Shown here: positions 1-13,926 of the stretch, piece by piece
How positions within the stretch are numbered: position 1 is the stretch's first letter
Layout of the letters: each line of letters begins with the position of its first letter
NCBI GenBank assembly: GCA_002269645.1
Contig: NIVC01003740.1
Location: 15,616-79,615, forward strand
Direction of reading: 5' to 3'
DNA length: 64,000 nucleotides
Origin: Macrostomum lignano
Lineage: Eukaryota
Translations under genes and position numbers: made by a program
Notes under the pieces: model-generated
What the model was told of the DNA's origin: nothing
The model's input: only the letters and a program-made list of their open reading frames with translations
Database searches by the model: none

Positions 1-37
1 AATTATTGTGCAGTGCAGTGCAGTGCCAGTGGACTTT

Positions 38-346
38 AGTGGTGTAGCCAGGGAGGCCGCCTTAACAATCGTTGGGGCGGCAACTTCACCCCACCTGCAA
101 GACACCCCACCTGGGGGGGTGGGGTTGGGCGTGGCGGGTACCAAAAACCATGAGGCGATTGAGTGCCTGCGGCGCTTAAATGAGTGCCTGCGGCGCTTAA
201 ATGAGTGCCTGCGGCGCTTAAATGAGTGCTTGCGGCGCTAAAATGAGTGCCTGCGGCGCTAAAAGTGGCAATGGCATGAGGCATGGCCAGCCAGGCCAAC
301 CCGCCCCCCCCCCAATTAAAATTCCTGCATGGCTACGTCGATCACT
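38..346. mobile_element. MITE-like element with an internal 21-bp tandem repeat (family A, copy 1)
   Basis: Imperfect inverted ends (GTAGCCA...TGGCTAC), G/C runs and about 5 units of AAATGAGTGCCTGCGGCGCTT at 161-263. Confidence 0.5.
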
Positions 347-589
347 GAGTGGATTTGTGGAGACTACAGATGAATTTCTTTCTTTGGTTGTTTGTTTCTA
401 AGAACTAAACAAAATATTTTTATTAACTTAAAAACGAAAAGCAAAAATATTTTACCGAAAATAACAAAGTAAAAACATGTTTCAAGTATTTCTTTATTAA
501 TTACAGCGTAATACCGTATGATATTATTCACTTAGTTTTGAATTTAGGAATGAAAAATGCTAAAAATGTGACAACTGGCGTAATAGCTA

Positions 590-777
590 AGCATATCAGT
601 TTTAAATTTAAATATTGCGATTGTTGCAAAGTAACTGTAACGGACTTCCGAAATTTGAGTAACTTACCGTTACTCCGTTACCAAAATAGGAAAGTAACTT
701 GCGTAAGGAACGCTTTACGAAAAAGTAACTTGCGTTACCATTTACAAGTTACTCGGTAACGGAAGTGCCCAACACTG
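590..777 (-). mobile_element. Fragment of a hAT-like MITE end
   Basis: Repeated GTAAC/GTTAC sub-motifs ending in CCCAACACTG (reverse complement CAGTGTTGGG). The partner end was not found. Confidence 0.3.
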
Positions 778-1506
778 AGTATATATATAAAAATAGTATA
801 GCTTTAATTGATTTAGTAATAGAGTAAATATTCTTATTAGTTATGCCTAGTATTAGTAGCAATTAATTATCAGTCCCTTAAGTCCACATTATACTACTAT
901 AGTCTATAAAACTTGTCTATAAATTATAATATAATAGTATAATCTTACTATATCAGCTTAAGCTAGAAGTAGTTATTTTAAATATTAATTTTTTAAGCTT
1001 CTTTTCTGTCAAATTGATTTTACACTTAAGCATAGGCCTTTTAAAATCAAAATTTAGGTTGTTAGGTTGTTTTTGTAATATCTTTGTAATAGCTTTGTAT
1101 CTGCTTCCAATAAAAAGCTATCACTACATAAAAGTGAAAAAGTGATGAAAAGTTTCTATCTCACTAGTGCATTTCTCCATGAAAATCAGCCTTAAATAAA
1201 TTTTCCAAGATATGAAGTATCTCATCTTTCTTCTTCTAGTGGTCCTTGAATATAACACAGATGAAACTAGCCTTCTTGGACCTCATCACTTAATGAGCCA
1301 TAACTCAGCAATGGAATGACCTAGAGAAGCTATTCAACACTCAGCTGAAGTATTGAATGCTGCTCTTTAAGCTGAATTTTAATTTGATCCATTTCAATGT
1401 GGTGGAAAGAAGTTATGCACAAACAATCACTATGCCAGCAAACAGCCCTTTTATTATAAAATGAACCCTAATTATTCCTGATAATTTGTTGTTTCTTAAC
1501 TTTTAG

Positions 1507-4500
1507 AGACATTTTCCTTGAGAAGCACTACAAAAGTGTCATCCCAAAGACTGTCTGCGACTATTTCTTTGATGAAGTTGCCAAGGTAAATTATTTTTGC
1601 TTGATTGTTTAATGCTATCAATATAATGTCCCACATACTGCTGCTAATGACTGCCACACCTGCAGGCATCATCGCCAGAGAATGTGCAGCCAGTTATCCA
1701 GACTCCCAACCACATCATCATCAGTGTCTACCGCGCCCAGATTCACTTTGTTGCCGTGTGCCGCAGTGAGGTGCCACCCCTGTTTGTCATCGAATTCCTG
1801 CACCGCGTCGCCGACATTGTCAAGGATTACTTTGAGGACGTCACGGAGACCATCATCAAGGATAATGTGGTGCTTGTGTACGAGGTGAGTTTGAGGAAAT
1901 CGAAATGGAACTTGTTACTGCTTACTCTGGTGACTGCTACTGGTCATTTTTATGCTGCTCAATGCCATTGACTAAGCTACACTGGGTCGGCCCGGTCATT
2001 AATTATAATGATTGTCGTTATTGTTCTGCTGTCTCTGGTCATTGTGTATTTTTGTGTCCGGTAATTATGGATGTTGTCTGTTCATTACGTATATTCTGTG
2101 TGGTCATTATGGATGCTGTGTCTGGTAACTATGTATGATGGTCTGGTCATTATGAATGCTGCGTCAGTGCGTCTGGTCATTGTGTATGATGTGTTTGGTC
2201 ATTATGGATGTTGTGTCTGGTAATTATGGATGCTGTGTGGTAATTATGTATGCTGTGTCTGGTAACTATGTATGATGTGTCTGGTCATTATGGATGCTGT
2301 GTCTGGTAACTATGTATGATGTGTCTGGTCATTATGGATGCTGCGTCTGGTCATTATGTATGCTGTGTCTGGTCATTATGGATGCTGTGTCTGGTCATTA
2401 CGGATGCTGTGTCTGGTCATTGTCCCTGGTATGCTGCAGACTCACTGCAGCTCGCGCCACATTTCACTCTCGACAATTGATTCCGGCACCACCCCCAGCT
2501 GCTAGACGAGATGCTGGACAACGGGTTCCCCCTGGCCACGGAGCCCAACATCCTCAAGGAGCTGATCCGGCCGCCCACCCTGTTCCGCACGATCACGGAC
2601 GCCATGAGCGGCAAGAACACGAACGTGTCCGCCAGCCTGCCCACCGGCCAGCTGTCCAACATCCCCTGGCGCCGCATCGGGGTCCGCTACGCCAACAACG
2701 AGGCCTACTTTGACGTGATCGAGGAGCTGGACGCCATCGTGGACCGGTCTGGCAACGTGGTCATGTCCGACGTGGCCGGCCGCATCGACTGCCTCATCAA
2801 GCTGTCCGGCATGCCCGACCTCACCCTGACCTTCGTCAACTCCCGCCTGCTGGAGGACGTCAGCCTGCATCCATGCATTCGATTTCGCAGATTTGACAAC
2901 GACCGGGCGCTGAGCTTCATCCCGCCTGATGGCAGCTTCCGGCTGATGTCCTACCGGGCTGGGGGCGGCGGCGGCGGCCACGGACAGATGATCCCGCTGA
3001 CCCTGCGGCACACCATCCAGTTCAGGGAGGCGGCCAGCCGCTTGGAGATCAGCCTATCACCGAGGCCCGTCTCTGGCAAGGTGGGTCTTTGTCCAAGTGT
3101 CTTCAACCAGCTTGTACTGGTATTTGTAATCGTATAACTTAACGAGCAATAACCGTCTCCAGCTTGTTTCTAAGTTTCTATTTTGGGCTCGGTCCTCACG
3201 AAACACTGTATAGAAAAAACTGCCAGCTCGATAACTTTATATACGACTACAACTACTATTTACAGCACTTTCGGGATACTCTACTTGTAGTAACAATAGC
3301 AAACTATTATAAATAGAAGTATATAAGGAAAATATGTTAACAGTAACGAAAAAGAAAATATATTGAACACTTTTGATAAAAAAACTATTAATTAATTATT
3401 AACGCAGGTAGTAGACGAAGTTGCGGTTCAGGTGACCTTTCCCCGGTCTGTCACCAACGTGAGCTTGACGCCCAGCGTCGGCAAGTACACCTTTGACTCG
3501 GCCAGCCGCACTCTCACCTGGAATGTGGGCAAACTGGAGCCCCAGAAATTCCCCAGCATTAAGGGACCGGTGAGCACAGGGAGAAGTTCGTATTTGGATT
3601 TTTCCTCGTAGTTATGTTTCGCAGCCCCATAACTCACCAGAGTCTGTATTTCAACAGATCATTCTGCAAACCGGAGCCCCTGTGCCGGACTGTAATCCCA
3701 CCATCCTGGTGAACTTCTCCATCTCAGGCTGGACAGTGTCCGGCCTCAGAGTCAACCGGCTGGATCTCATGGGAGAGGTGAGACGCGTTTGCTCATCCTC
3801 AGTTTCCGTCTGCGATTGTTAGTTCACCCTAAACCATAGCGTGTTCATTGTGTACCTCACCTCACTCACCTCATTGGTCAGCCTATTGTGTGCACTGCCT
3901 GTCTGACCCCAAGCTCTTATTTGATTGGCTGACAAGCTGTAACCACACGTGGCCTCTTATTGATTAGCCGTTGCCTCCGACTAACCTCCACTTGCCTCCG
4001 ATATGTGCCCCGTGTTCTCTCATTGGCTGGTTTTTTCTGTTTTAGAAAAAAAGGCACTACTTCAGAAAAATATCATGGCAATCTGAAAATCTTTTTCTTC
4101 CTTGTTTTTTCCCCTCATTGGTGTTGGTTTTTTACGCAGTAAAATTGAGATTTGTTGAGTCGAATCGAATCGAATGTACTCGTACTTTTGACTTTTAATC
4201 GCCTAGACATTTCTCGGACTTCTTGAACTTTAGGTCAATATAAAATAGTTGCAGTTTCGATATAGGACCGGTGGGGGGTCCTAGGGCGAAGTTGCAATGA
4301 AGCGAAGCTTAAATTGAAAATTCAGCAAGTTATCAAATACCTATAGAATTATAATCCCATCAAAACTAGTTGATATCAGCAGCTGTAGTTACCTTCAAAA
4401 TGGAGACAACGCAGATTAGTAGAAATGAGTATAGGTAAACAAGTTAAAGTACAAGTAAAGAATGTGTACGTCTAGTAGTCACAACGATAAAAGAACGACA

Positions 4501-5145
4501 GCGAATCAAAAAGTGGTAGGTGAGGGGCAGGTGGCGAACCGTAGGTCAACATTTTTAAAAAACACTAAACTGACGTGACACTGTCGCTGCGCTATAACAA
4601 ATTATGTCAATAAAGCTTAGAATAGACACTCTATCGGAAGTAATATTCGAATCCTCTAGATTATGTTTTAGAATAAATTCATCAAAATTTGGAAAATATA
4701 TACGTTTGAAAGTTGATTCTAAAAAAAGTTCAATACTAAAACATACAATTCTCTAAAACTGTTTGTATCAAATTGTAACACACCGGAAAATCGGAAGTAT
4801 TTTACGTACCTAAAGTTCAAGAAGTCCCATTTTCGAGGCCTTCCTATAAATCGTTTTAAACACTTAGAATTAATCTTTATATTGCCGCTATCCTCCCTGG
4901 TCCTTCCCTCCGCTCGTCCTGCTCTCTGCTGCTGGCGGTGTTTGGGCGCAGCATTTTTCAGCGCATGCTTCTGGCATTTCTGCTTTTAAATTGCTGCAGA
5001 CTGCGGTTTTGTTAGGCAATTGAGCGACATCCAGAGGTTTCTCATCTCACCGTCTGCCTGCTCCACCGCCTCATTGCAGAAGTACAAGCCATTCAAAGGC
5101 GTCAAATACGTGACCAGGGCTGGAAAACTCGAGTTCAGGACCTGA
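1507..5145 (+). CDS. AP3M1: AP-3 adaptor complex subunit mu (5' exon not found, probably upstream of the window)
   Basis: GT-AG exons with consistent phases: 1507-1585 (DIFLEKHYKSVIPKTVCDYFF), 1666-1884 (EVPPLFVIEFLHRVAD), 2499-3080 (MLDNGFPLATEPNILKELIRPP; NNEAYFDVIEE; SFIPPDG), 3408-3569, 3658-3777 (SGLRVNRLD) and 5080-5145 (KYKPFKGVKYVTRAGKLEFRT*). The motifs match the mu3 subfamily. Confidence 0.95.
2035..2425. repeat. Degenerate ~22-bp minisatellite in an AP3M intron
   Basis: Unit approximately TGGTCATTATGGATGCTGTGTC. Confidence 0.9.
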
Positions 5146-6056
5146 GCCAGCGGTATTCGGGCCAGCCTGATTTCTCTGAACTGCATGCGGTAGATGGAGA
5201 TCATCAGATACTTTCACAATTTATCAGATACTCGTATCTTCTAGTGCTATATTTATCATGTAGCGATTCGCCAATCAAAGGTTAATCATTTCGCTTTGTA
5301 AATCTGTGCGTACAGGCATTAAGGTTTTAACTTTACTGCATCGGCATTCCATGAGCAAAGATATCCTTTGTGTCATCAAGCCTGTTTCCTTTTGCGAGTT
5401 TCGATCATTATGCTAATGCTGTGTTCTGAAAGTAAGAAAATGGAACCATTTCCTGGAAATTGCAGGTCATGTCAAGAAGCAATTATGACGTATCTAATAA
5501 TTCTAATTGTTTGTGCTATGATTTGCCAACTATCTAAAGCTTCCATGTTGTCCCTAATCGGCAGTTTATGTCTGATTTCAGTATCATGAGATTTTTCATT
5601 ACTAACTTTTATTTCAATTTGATTTCAAAGGTTTCCTGAGTTTAAAATAGCTCGTATGCTACGCTCGTATGGTACATTTTCGCAATTAGGCATGCAAATC
5701 ATACTGAATAATAACTAAATACACAAACACGACGCAGTTTTTGATTATGCGAAATCACACGAATTCTCTATTGTTATGCGGTGAGTTGATTAAAATAATT
5801 TAAGTTTTTGTTGCTTTATTGGTTGGCTAACGGGTTTATATTTTTGCGATAGTTAGCTCGTATGCCGTTTGGCATAATAATTTCAGGTGTTTGTTGTTTA
5901 TCTTTATGTTCATAGCCTTTTTTCAAAATGTCGAAGATTCGCTTCTCTACCCAACCGGAAAAAATTGTGCAAAACAAAGCAAAACATTTACATGTAACTG
6001 CAAAGCTTCAGTTCACGGCCAGCTGTAAAATGGGTACTATAGCTTAGCTGGGGTAT

Positions 6057-6098
6057 TGTGTGTGTGTGTGTGTGTGAGTGTGTGTGTGTGTGTGTGTG
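6057..6098. repeat. (GT)n microsatellite
   Basis: Direct reading. Confidence 0.95.
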
Positions 6099-7236
6099 GC
6101 AAAATCCTCTTTCAGTCCTTGAACTTTATAGCCGTATGCAGCCTTCAGCTAGATGCACCGCGTAATATCTGTGGCTGTTGGTTGTATTCAACAAAACATG
6201 TACATCTGCTCATATAGTGCAGGTGTAATCTAATTATTACGATCTTGAGTACTGTCGATTTATGAAATTTGTCATATTTACGCACAATGAATAAACCCAG
6301 TCAAGTAAGGAAAGCCCGCAGCCTTCTACATGTAGGACTTCCTAGTTCTGGTCTAAAGTTTAGTGAACCGGAGCGGTTATCATGCATGTATAGCGCAACT
6401 CATTAAAGCTCAGGGCTGGTTATTACGAAAAAAAGTTTTATTCTAACTGAAAAGTTCGAGTAGTCGCATCTCCATCTCCATCTATGACTATACTTATATA
6501 GGCTCGTTCACCGCGTCAACAAACCAATAAACAAACGACTGACAAAGCAAACCTGTGGTCCCCTCACACAGAAATTGATATTTGTTCGCTCTGTAAATAG
6601 TCTGTAATATCAGTATTTAATAACAATAAATTTATTAAAATATAATCAGCATTCAATAAACTGCAATACAGATATCAGCCATGAGTTAAACTAACTACTC
6701 ATTAATTAAAAATTTTACTGAATCAACAACTTACTACAAAATTAAACGCTATTATATAGTTAAAACTAAAGAGAAAACGAAAAAAAGTAGACGCGTTTGC
6801 TAAAAAAATACTTTTATTCAGATAAATTCTGAATGAAAAAAATTACCATAAAATAGCTTCCATTGCTAGAACTTTTACTTTATCAATATTTACTTTGCAC
6901 AAATTTAGGTTAGTTTATTGTGTGAATTTGCGTGCTCAGAATTTGCATTTTGCTTTAATATTGACAATGTATAGGTTGTCAGCTTACTCAGCTATCTGTG
7001 TATATAATAGTTGGCCTATAATGTGCTAAATTAGTAAGCCTTTCCAATTACAGCTACATTTTTAAGCTACATATATAAATTTATATACATAATACATGTA
7101 CTAGTAACAAGGCCTATAGTATGTATTAGAGACTTACTTTGTGGGTAAATTGAGTGTCACAATACCATACCTTCTACCTTGTAAGTGAGTTCTAGGGCCT
7201 ACTTCTAAATCAAAGTATTTTTACATTAGTATATAG

Positions 7237-7515
7237 GCAGGCACCAGACATGTTGCCACTGGGGGGACTGGGACAGGGGGGGGGGACATTGGACATGCCA
7301 ATTCTTTTTTTAAGTGTTTGCAGTACTAAAATGAGTGCCTGTGGTGCTAAAATGAGCGCCTGTGATGTTAAAAAGAATGCCTGTGGCACAGTGGCACCAG
7401 GAGTGCCTATGGTGCCAAAATAAATGCTTGCAGCACTAAAATAAGTGCCTACAGTGCTAAAAGGAATGTTTGCTATGCTAAAAAATGCCTGTGGTACCAA
7501 AATGAGCACTGACAG
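7237..7515. mobile_element. Family A MITE-like copy 2 (decayed, CpG-poor)
   Basis: CAGGCAC...GGGGGGGAC...GGACATGCCAAT followed by degenerate AAAATGAGTGCCTGTGGTGCT units. Confidence 0.5.
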
Positions 7516-10223
7516 CATGATTAACAAAATAATAGGATCTTAGTCATTCAGTCATGTATATGTTGAATTCTTAGTTTTATCCCTAGTGATATAGGGCTAG
7601 GGCTAGGCCCTAATTTCTATCTCTTGGAATAATTCTATCAATGCCACTAACATTTTAACAGTGCTAATTGCTCTCACTAATAACTGCCCTAGAAATGTCA
7701 CCTATGTTCTCCTATTGATAGGTAATAATGTACTTTTGCATGTACTTTTACTTATTTTTACTGGTAGCATATCTACTTGTCTATTTTCTTTTGTACTGAT
7801 AGCATATATGTATCAATTGGTAGCATTTGTATATGTATATGTATTGTAGGCCCTACTCTTGGCCTGAGCAGTCTTCTGGCACTTTATGTTCCAACTATTT
7901 ACTTCTATAAAAATTTTCTCCTAGTCCTAGATTAGAAGGTCACAGCCTTTATGCAATTTTCTGCTCTGAAGCAATTCTTTTACCCTAAGGCAATTTCCTT
8001 GCCCTAAGGTAATTCTTGCTTCCAATGGATTTTTGATACTCTAAAGGAAATGACTAAGTCTTTCAAACACTGCAAATAGCAATTTAATAAGACTAAACTT
8101 ATTGTATTTGCAAGACTTGTGAAAGAAAATGTAATAGACAAAATTGTCTAAGCTCCAAGTTGCTTGGGTTGCTCAAGAGTTGCTCTTCTTGGCCCCTCAT
8201 TGGCCCTCTATTTATATTATTTGAACAATATATTTAAAACAAAATTATATTTCGTAAACTGTTATTTGCTTTCAAAACATTTAGTATCATTTAGCATAAA
8301 TTCAAATACCATATTTTTTAAGAATTTTTTGTAAACATAGTTAATATCTATTATGGCAGGCATTCTATATCATAAAATGAGGCCACACTACATTATTAAT
8401 CTCACTATAAAATCCATGGCAATGCCCCTATATAAAGGACAAGTCTAATTATTATCTAAGGCCTATTTATTCAATTTCATATTAATATTCAATTTCTATA
8501 ACCATATAATTAAATCCATTTAGTGTATTTATATGCTAAAAAATTATAAATTTGGTTTTTTGGTCAACTTTAGTAATATCCACTTTAATAATAGTAATAA
8601 TATCAACCACTCTAGTAATAAATGATGACCTTTTAGAGCCTATTTTGGTATATTTAGATATGTTGCTAAAAGAAATAGTAGTGTTTATCCTTATCCCCAA
8701 GGTACTATAGGAATAATTTGTCTTAGGCCTATTCTTATAGTACTGTAGGAATAATTTTCTGCTTATCTTGATAGCACATGAGTAGCCTTTTGAGATTGCT
8801 CTAAGATTCGCAAAACACACACATACATATATATATATATATAAAATGAATATAATATAATAGTGAATTATTACCATATTTATAAATAGCTAAATACTAA
8901 CCAGGAAACAAAATTTATATAATGTGACTGAATATTGTATTTTTTTAAAACTCTGAGTTTACAACTTGAAATTATAACAATTTTCAATTTCATTCTATGA
9001 TTATACATTTTTAGTTTATTTATTTTAAATTATTTTTGTTTTAAAAGTTATTTGTTATTGCAAAGGGGTTTTTGCCAAAGTAGTTCTTACCAAAATGGTT
9101 ATCACTTTTTTCAAGGGGCTATTACTAATATAAATGGTATACAAATATGAGAGGTATAGATTAGGCATAAAGTAATATTGTTATTTTTTTCAAGTGTATA
9201 CTTATCATGATCTTTATCAATGGATTTTAATAGTAATAGTAATATCATATTAATTAACTATACCTTTTCTAACAAGTAAAGATGTTATCAACAGCTTAGC
9301 AATAGCTATTTTGTGGCAAATGTGAAGGTTACACAAGGCTATATAGTCCAAGTCTAAGAGTTGACACATACCTTCAGTTATCCTAGCTATTTTATTGCTA
9401 GGTGCACCAAGTAATGCAGAATTAGACCAGACTAGACTAATAAAATCCTTATATAGGCTTTATAAAAGATCTTTTTGTCATATTTCCAATCCTAAATTCT
9501 AATCATTAGCATTATTGTTGATTCTTTGTTAGCTTGTACTTGTATTAGAAATTGATTAATATAGTACAAATTGAATTTTGCTATACTGTATTTAAATCCC
9601 ATATATACTATATTATAAAACTTTTTCCTAAGTCTAGATCCTGTTGAGTTTATCCAAGAAAAAATTTGCATTTCTTAGATTAAGTGAATAAATAAATGCC
9701 TATAGTTAATACCAACTATACTCTATAGTGAACTAGTAAATTGACTAGAGTTTCATTCTGATCTATATAGCTACAGATAGGCTATAGGAATTTACAGATG
9801 TGAAGGTTTTAAGCAGAACATACAGATACAGATTTAGTTCTCAGGTGTTAGTATATAGGATCTAGTAATATTGGCCACTCAATGACTGAGCTCTGAACTT
9901 TAAAGACTTTAAGACCATTTCATGGGTTGGGACAAAGCCGTAGAAACGAATGAATTTTGCCAGTTTTAAAGCTTCTGTAAGAGGAAGTCTCAAGTCCCTA
10001 GGATTTAGGAACTCAAGCAACAGGGATTTTTGATGCTATGTGCACATTGTGTGATTAGGGTGATAGGTGGGGACTCAAGTTGAGATCAATGCAGTCCTAG
10101 CCATTCTTCTATGTAGCTCTTAACTTGCATTCATGCCATACGAGACTGCAGTGCAGCGCAGACTCCTGAAGTGCACTGTACACTTTGATGCAGTCGGACT
10201 GCCATTTGCACTAGCCAGCTAGC

Positions 10224-12784
10224 ATGCCCGGTGGAAACAAGAGGTCTTCCAAGGTGAGCTAATAGCTGTCTGGGCTCCCTGACCTAATCTCAGTAGTCCA
10301 AATCTTAAATCTCATCAGTCCTCAACTTGTCAAATCTCATCAGTTCTCACTTTGTCAAATCTCATCAGTCCTCACTTTGTCAATTCTCATCAGTCCTCAC
10401 TTTGTCAAATCTCATCAGTCCTCACTTTGTCAATTCTCATCAGTTCTCACTTTGTCAAATCTCATCAGTCCTCACTTTGTCAAATCTCATCAGTCCTTAC
10501 TTTGTCAAATCTCATCAGTTCTCACTTTGTCAAATCTCATCAGTCCTCACTTTGTCAATTCTCATCAGTCCTCACTTTGTCAAATCTCATCAGTCCTCAC
10601 TTTGTCAAATCTCATCAGTCCTCACTTTGTTAAATCTCATCAGTCCTCATCTTGTCAAATCTCATCAGTCCTTACTTTGTCAAATCTCATCAGTCCTCAT
10701 CTTGTCAAATCTCATCAGTCCTCATCTTGTCAAATCTCATCAGTCCTCATCTTGTCAAATCTCATCAGTCCTTACTTTGTCAAATCTCATCAGTCCTTAC
10801 TTTGTCAAATCTCATCAGTCCTTACTTTGTCAAATCTCATCAGTCCTTACTTTGTCAAATCTCATCAGTCCTCATCTTGTCAAATCTCATCAGTCCTCAT
10901 CTTGTCAAATCTCATCAGTCCTCATCTTGTCAAATCTCATCAGTCCTCATCTTGTCAAATCTCATCAGTCCTCATCTTGTCAAATCTCACACTATTCCTC
11001 ACTTTGTCAAACGGCCGCACCCGCAGCCGCCCTTCGGCAAGCCGGAGCCCGGCAGGTCCGCCACCTCGGCAGCAGCTGCAGGCGGCGGCGACTCGCGGCC
11101 CTACCAGTGCGACACCTGCGGCCGGCAGTTCGCCACCTCCGCCTATCTCAGCCAGCACCGCCGGATCCACAGCGGCCAGCGGCCCTACGGCTGCAGGTTT
11201 TGCGACAAGCGCTTCACCCAGCTGTCCCACGTGCAGCAGCACGAGCGAATCCATACGGGTGACAAGCCGTACCGCTGCTGGCACTGCGCCAAGAGTTTCA
11301 CCCAGATGAGCAACCTGCAGAGCCACCAGCGCCAGCACATGAAGGACAAGCCGCACCGCTGCGAGGCCTGCTACATGTGCTTCGACTCCAGCGATGACCT
11401 GGACAGCCACACTCAGGTGAGCTTTGGGGCTGACATTGGCACCCTCCAATACCCCAGTGTTTTTATGCCACACCCTCCAATACCCCAGTGTTTTCATGCC
11501 ACACCCTCCAATACCCCAGTGTTTCCCTGCCACACCCTCCAATACCCCAGTGTTTCCCTTCCACACCTCCAATACCCCAGTGTTTCCCTTCCACACCCTC
11601 CAATACCCAGTGTTTTCATGCCACACCCTCCAATACCCCAGTGTTTTCATGCCACACCCTCCAATACCCCAGTGTTTCCATGCCACACCCTCCAATACCC
11701 CATTGTTTCCCTGCCACACCCTCCAATACCCCATCGTTTTCATGCCACACCCTCCAATACCCCAGTGCTTCCCCTCCACACCCTCTAATACCCCAGTGTT
11801 TCCCTTCCACACCTCCAATACCCCAGTGTTTCCCTTCCACACCTCCAATACCCCAGTGCTTCCCCTCCACACCCTCCAATACCCCAGTGTTTCCCTGCCA
11901 CACCCTCCAATACCCCAGTGTTTCCATGCCACACCCTCCAATACCCCAGTGTTTCCATGCCACACCCTCCAATACCCCAGTGTTTCCCTGCCACACCCTC
12001 CAATACCCCAGTGTTTCCATGCCACACCCTCCAATACCCCAGTGTTTCCATGCCACACCCCCCAATACCCCAGTTTTTTTCTGCCACACCCTCAAATTCT
12101 CCAGTTTTTGTATTCCCACCTCAGGTTTTATTTTTCCTATCCTCAGGTTACTCATAATTACATTCCCCATCAAATTAGCCAAATTTCTCAATAAATTTTC
12201 CGAATTCCCCATCACATTCCCCATCACATTCCCAGGCCAAGCACGCGAACAGCCGCTACAGCAAGCTGCTGGTGTGCCGGGTGTGCGGCAAGAACTACAA
12301 CTCGGAGACCTACCTCAACAAGCACCTGGCCAAGCACGGCAAAGACGCTGCCGCCGCGGCAGCCGCAGGTCCGGGCTCGGAGCCGGCCAAACTCGATGGC
12401 CAGGACGAGGACGAAGACTCGCAGCAGCAGCCGCCGCAGCCGCTGCCTCAGCAGCAACCGCAGCTGCAGCAAGTTTCGCTGCACCAGCCGACAATATCCC
12501 TGGGTCAGCAACAGCAGCACCTGCTGCCTCCCCAGCTGCCGCCGCACTCCGTGGCCATGCTTGCGCACCCGCCGCCGCCCCTTCAGCAGCAACAGCAGCA
12601 GCAGCAGCCGCAGCAACCGCAGCAGCAACAACACGGTCTGCCCCCCTACGGTCACCCACCAGACGGTCTGATGATGCCGGCAGCTGCTGCCGCCGCCGCG
12701 GCCGCCGCAGCCGCTGCCGGCTTCCCCGGAGCCGGGAGCTGCTTCACGGCTGGCGGCCCGGCGGCCTTCAAGTTCCCCTTCTGA
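10224..12784 (+). CDS. C2H2 zinc-finger transcription factor, ZNF384/ZNF362/lin-29/rotund family, with a polyQ/polyA C-terminus
   Basis: Exons: 10224-10253 (MPGGNKRSSK, tentative first coding exon), 11027-11416 and 12236-12784. Five fingers. FTQLSHVQQHERIHTGDKPY, FTQMSNLQSHQRQHMKDKPH and YNSETYLNKH match ZNF384-family motifs recalled from memory. Confidence 0.88.
10300..11010. repeat. 25-bp minisatellite, zinc-finger gene intron
   Basis: Unit CTCATCAGTCCTCACTTTGTCAAAT. Confidence 0.95.
11440..12075. repeat. ~31-bp minisatellite, zinc-finger gene intron
   Basis: Unit approximately CCACACCCTCCAATACCCCAGTGTTTCCATG. Confidence 0.95.
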
Positions 12785-13637
12785 CGAGCCGGGGGACCTC
12801 GGCTGCCCGCATGGTACTACTTGCCCGAGCCTTGACTAGTAGTGCTGCCGGTTTTCAGCGTGAAAAGCGATGAGTTGGAGAATTGGTATCAAATCTCTCA
12901 GATCTGCCGTGAACTCGCTAGTCCTCCTGTATTCTAATACCTGTATTTGCACCTGTGTGTCATCAGTTACCTGCTGCATCAGCATACTGTCTCGTATTTA
13001 TGCCACTATCAAATATTTGTTTTCTATATTATATTGCATGCCTGACCCAAACAGATCTGACCTTTGTTATCTTAACTGTGTTTACTTTTGTTTGTTTGTT
13101 CGCCTTTTTGTTATTAGTTAGCTGGCGTATCTGTCTGAAGGCACAGCACAGCCTTGGTCATTGTCCCGTGCTGGTTGCTGCGAGGCAGGCTGCCCAGTGC
13201 ATTGAATTTGAGCTGGTGCCACCGTATCTGCTGCTTAGACTGGGCTCCCCTTCCCGAGTCTTCAGCTCCTGACTTTGCTGGTTTGTCTTCATTTTCATAG
13301 GTGCCTCCGCCCTCCGCTCGCAAACCCTTTAAAGCCACTTTTTATCCTTAGCGCGAGTGTTTTTAAGTTTGCTGACTGAATACACACTTTTAGCTTATAT
13401 ATCTGAACTCTTTTACTACTTAGCTGATTTTCTCAGTAATCATGTCTGATCAACTTTATTGAATCTCAGTGGAAATTGTTTCCTTCATCGGCTTTTTCTC
13501 TCACTTATTTTTCCCGACCATAGTCTCGCACTGAGTCTTTGTAGAAAACTTTGTAGAAAACTGCAGAGGGAATTGCTGAAATTTATTGTCTTTGTATGGA
13601 ATTATGAGCATTTGTAGGAATTATGAGCTGTCTAGAC

Positions 13638-13818
13638 TACAATGAGTCTTTGTAGGGAATGGCATTGGGCTATCTACTAGGCTACAATGAGTCTTTGTAG
13701 GGAATGGCATTGGGCTATCTACTAGGCTACAATGAGTCTATGTAGGGAATGGTATTGGGCTATCTACTAGGCTACAATGAGTCTTTGTAGGGAATGGTAT
13801 TGGGCTATCTAGGCTACG
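13638..13818. repeat. 45-bp tandem repeat (~4 copies) just upstream of AMT
   Basis: Unit CTACAATGAGTCTTTGTAGGGAATGGCATTGGGCTATCTACTAGG. Confidence 0.9.
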
Positions 13819-13926
13819 ATGGGTCTTTGAAGAGTGGGGTTATCTAAGCTACTGAGTCTAGGAGCGAACTCAAAAGCGGTTCCCCATCACTCCAGCAGTT
13901 GCCAGGCGGCCGGTCCAGTTTTTGCA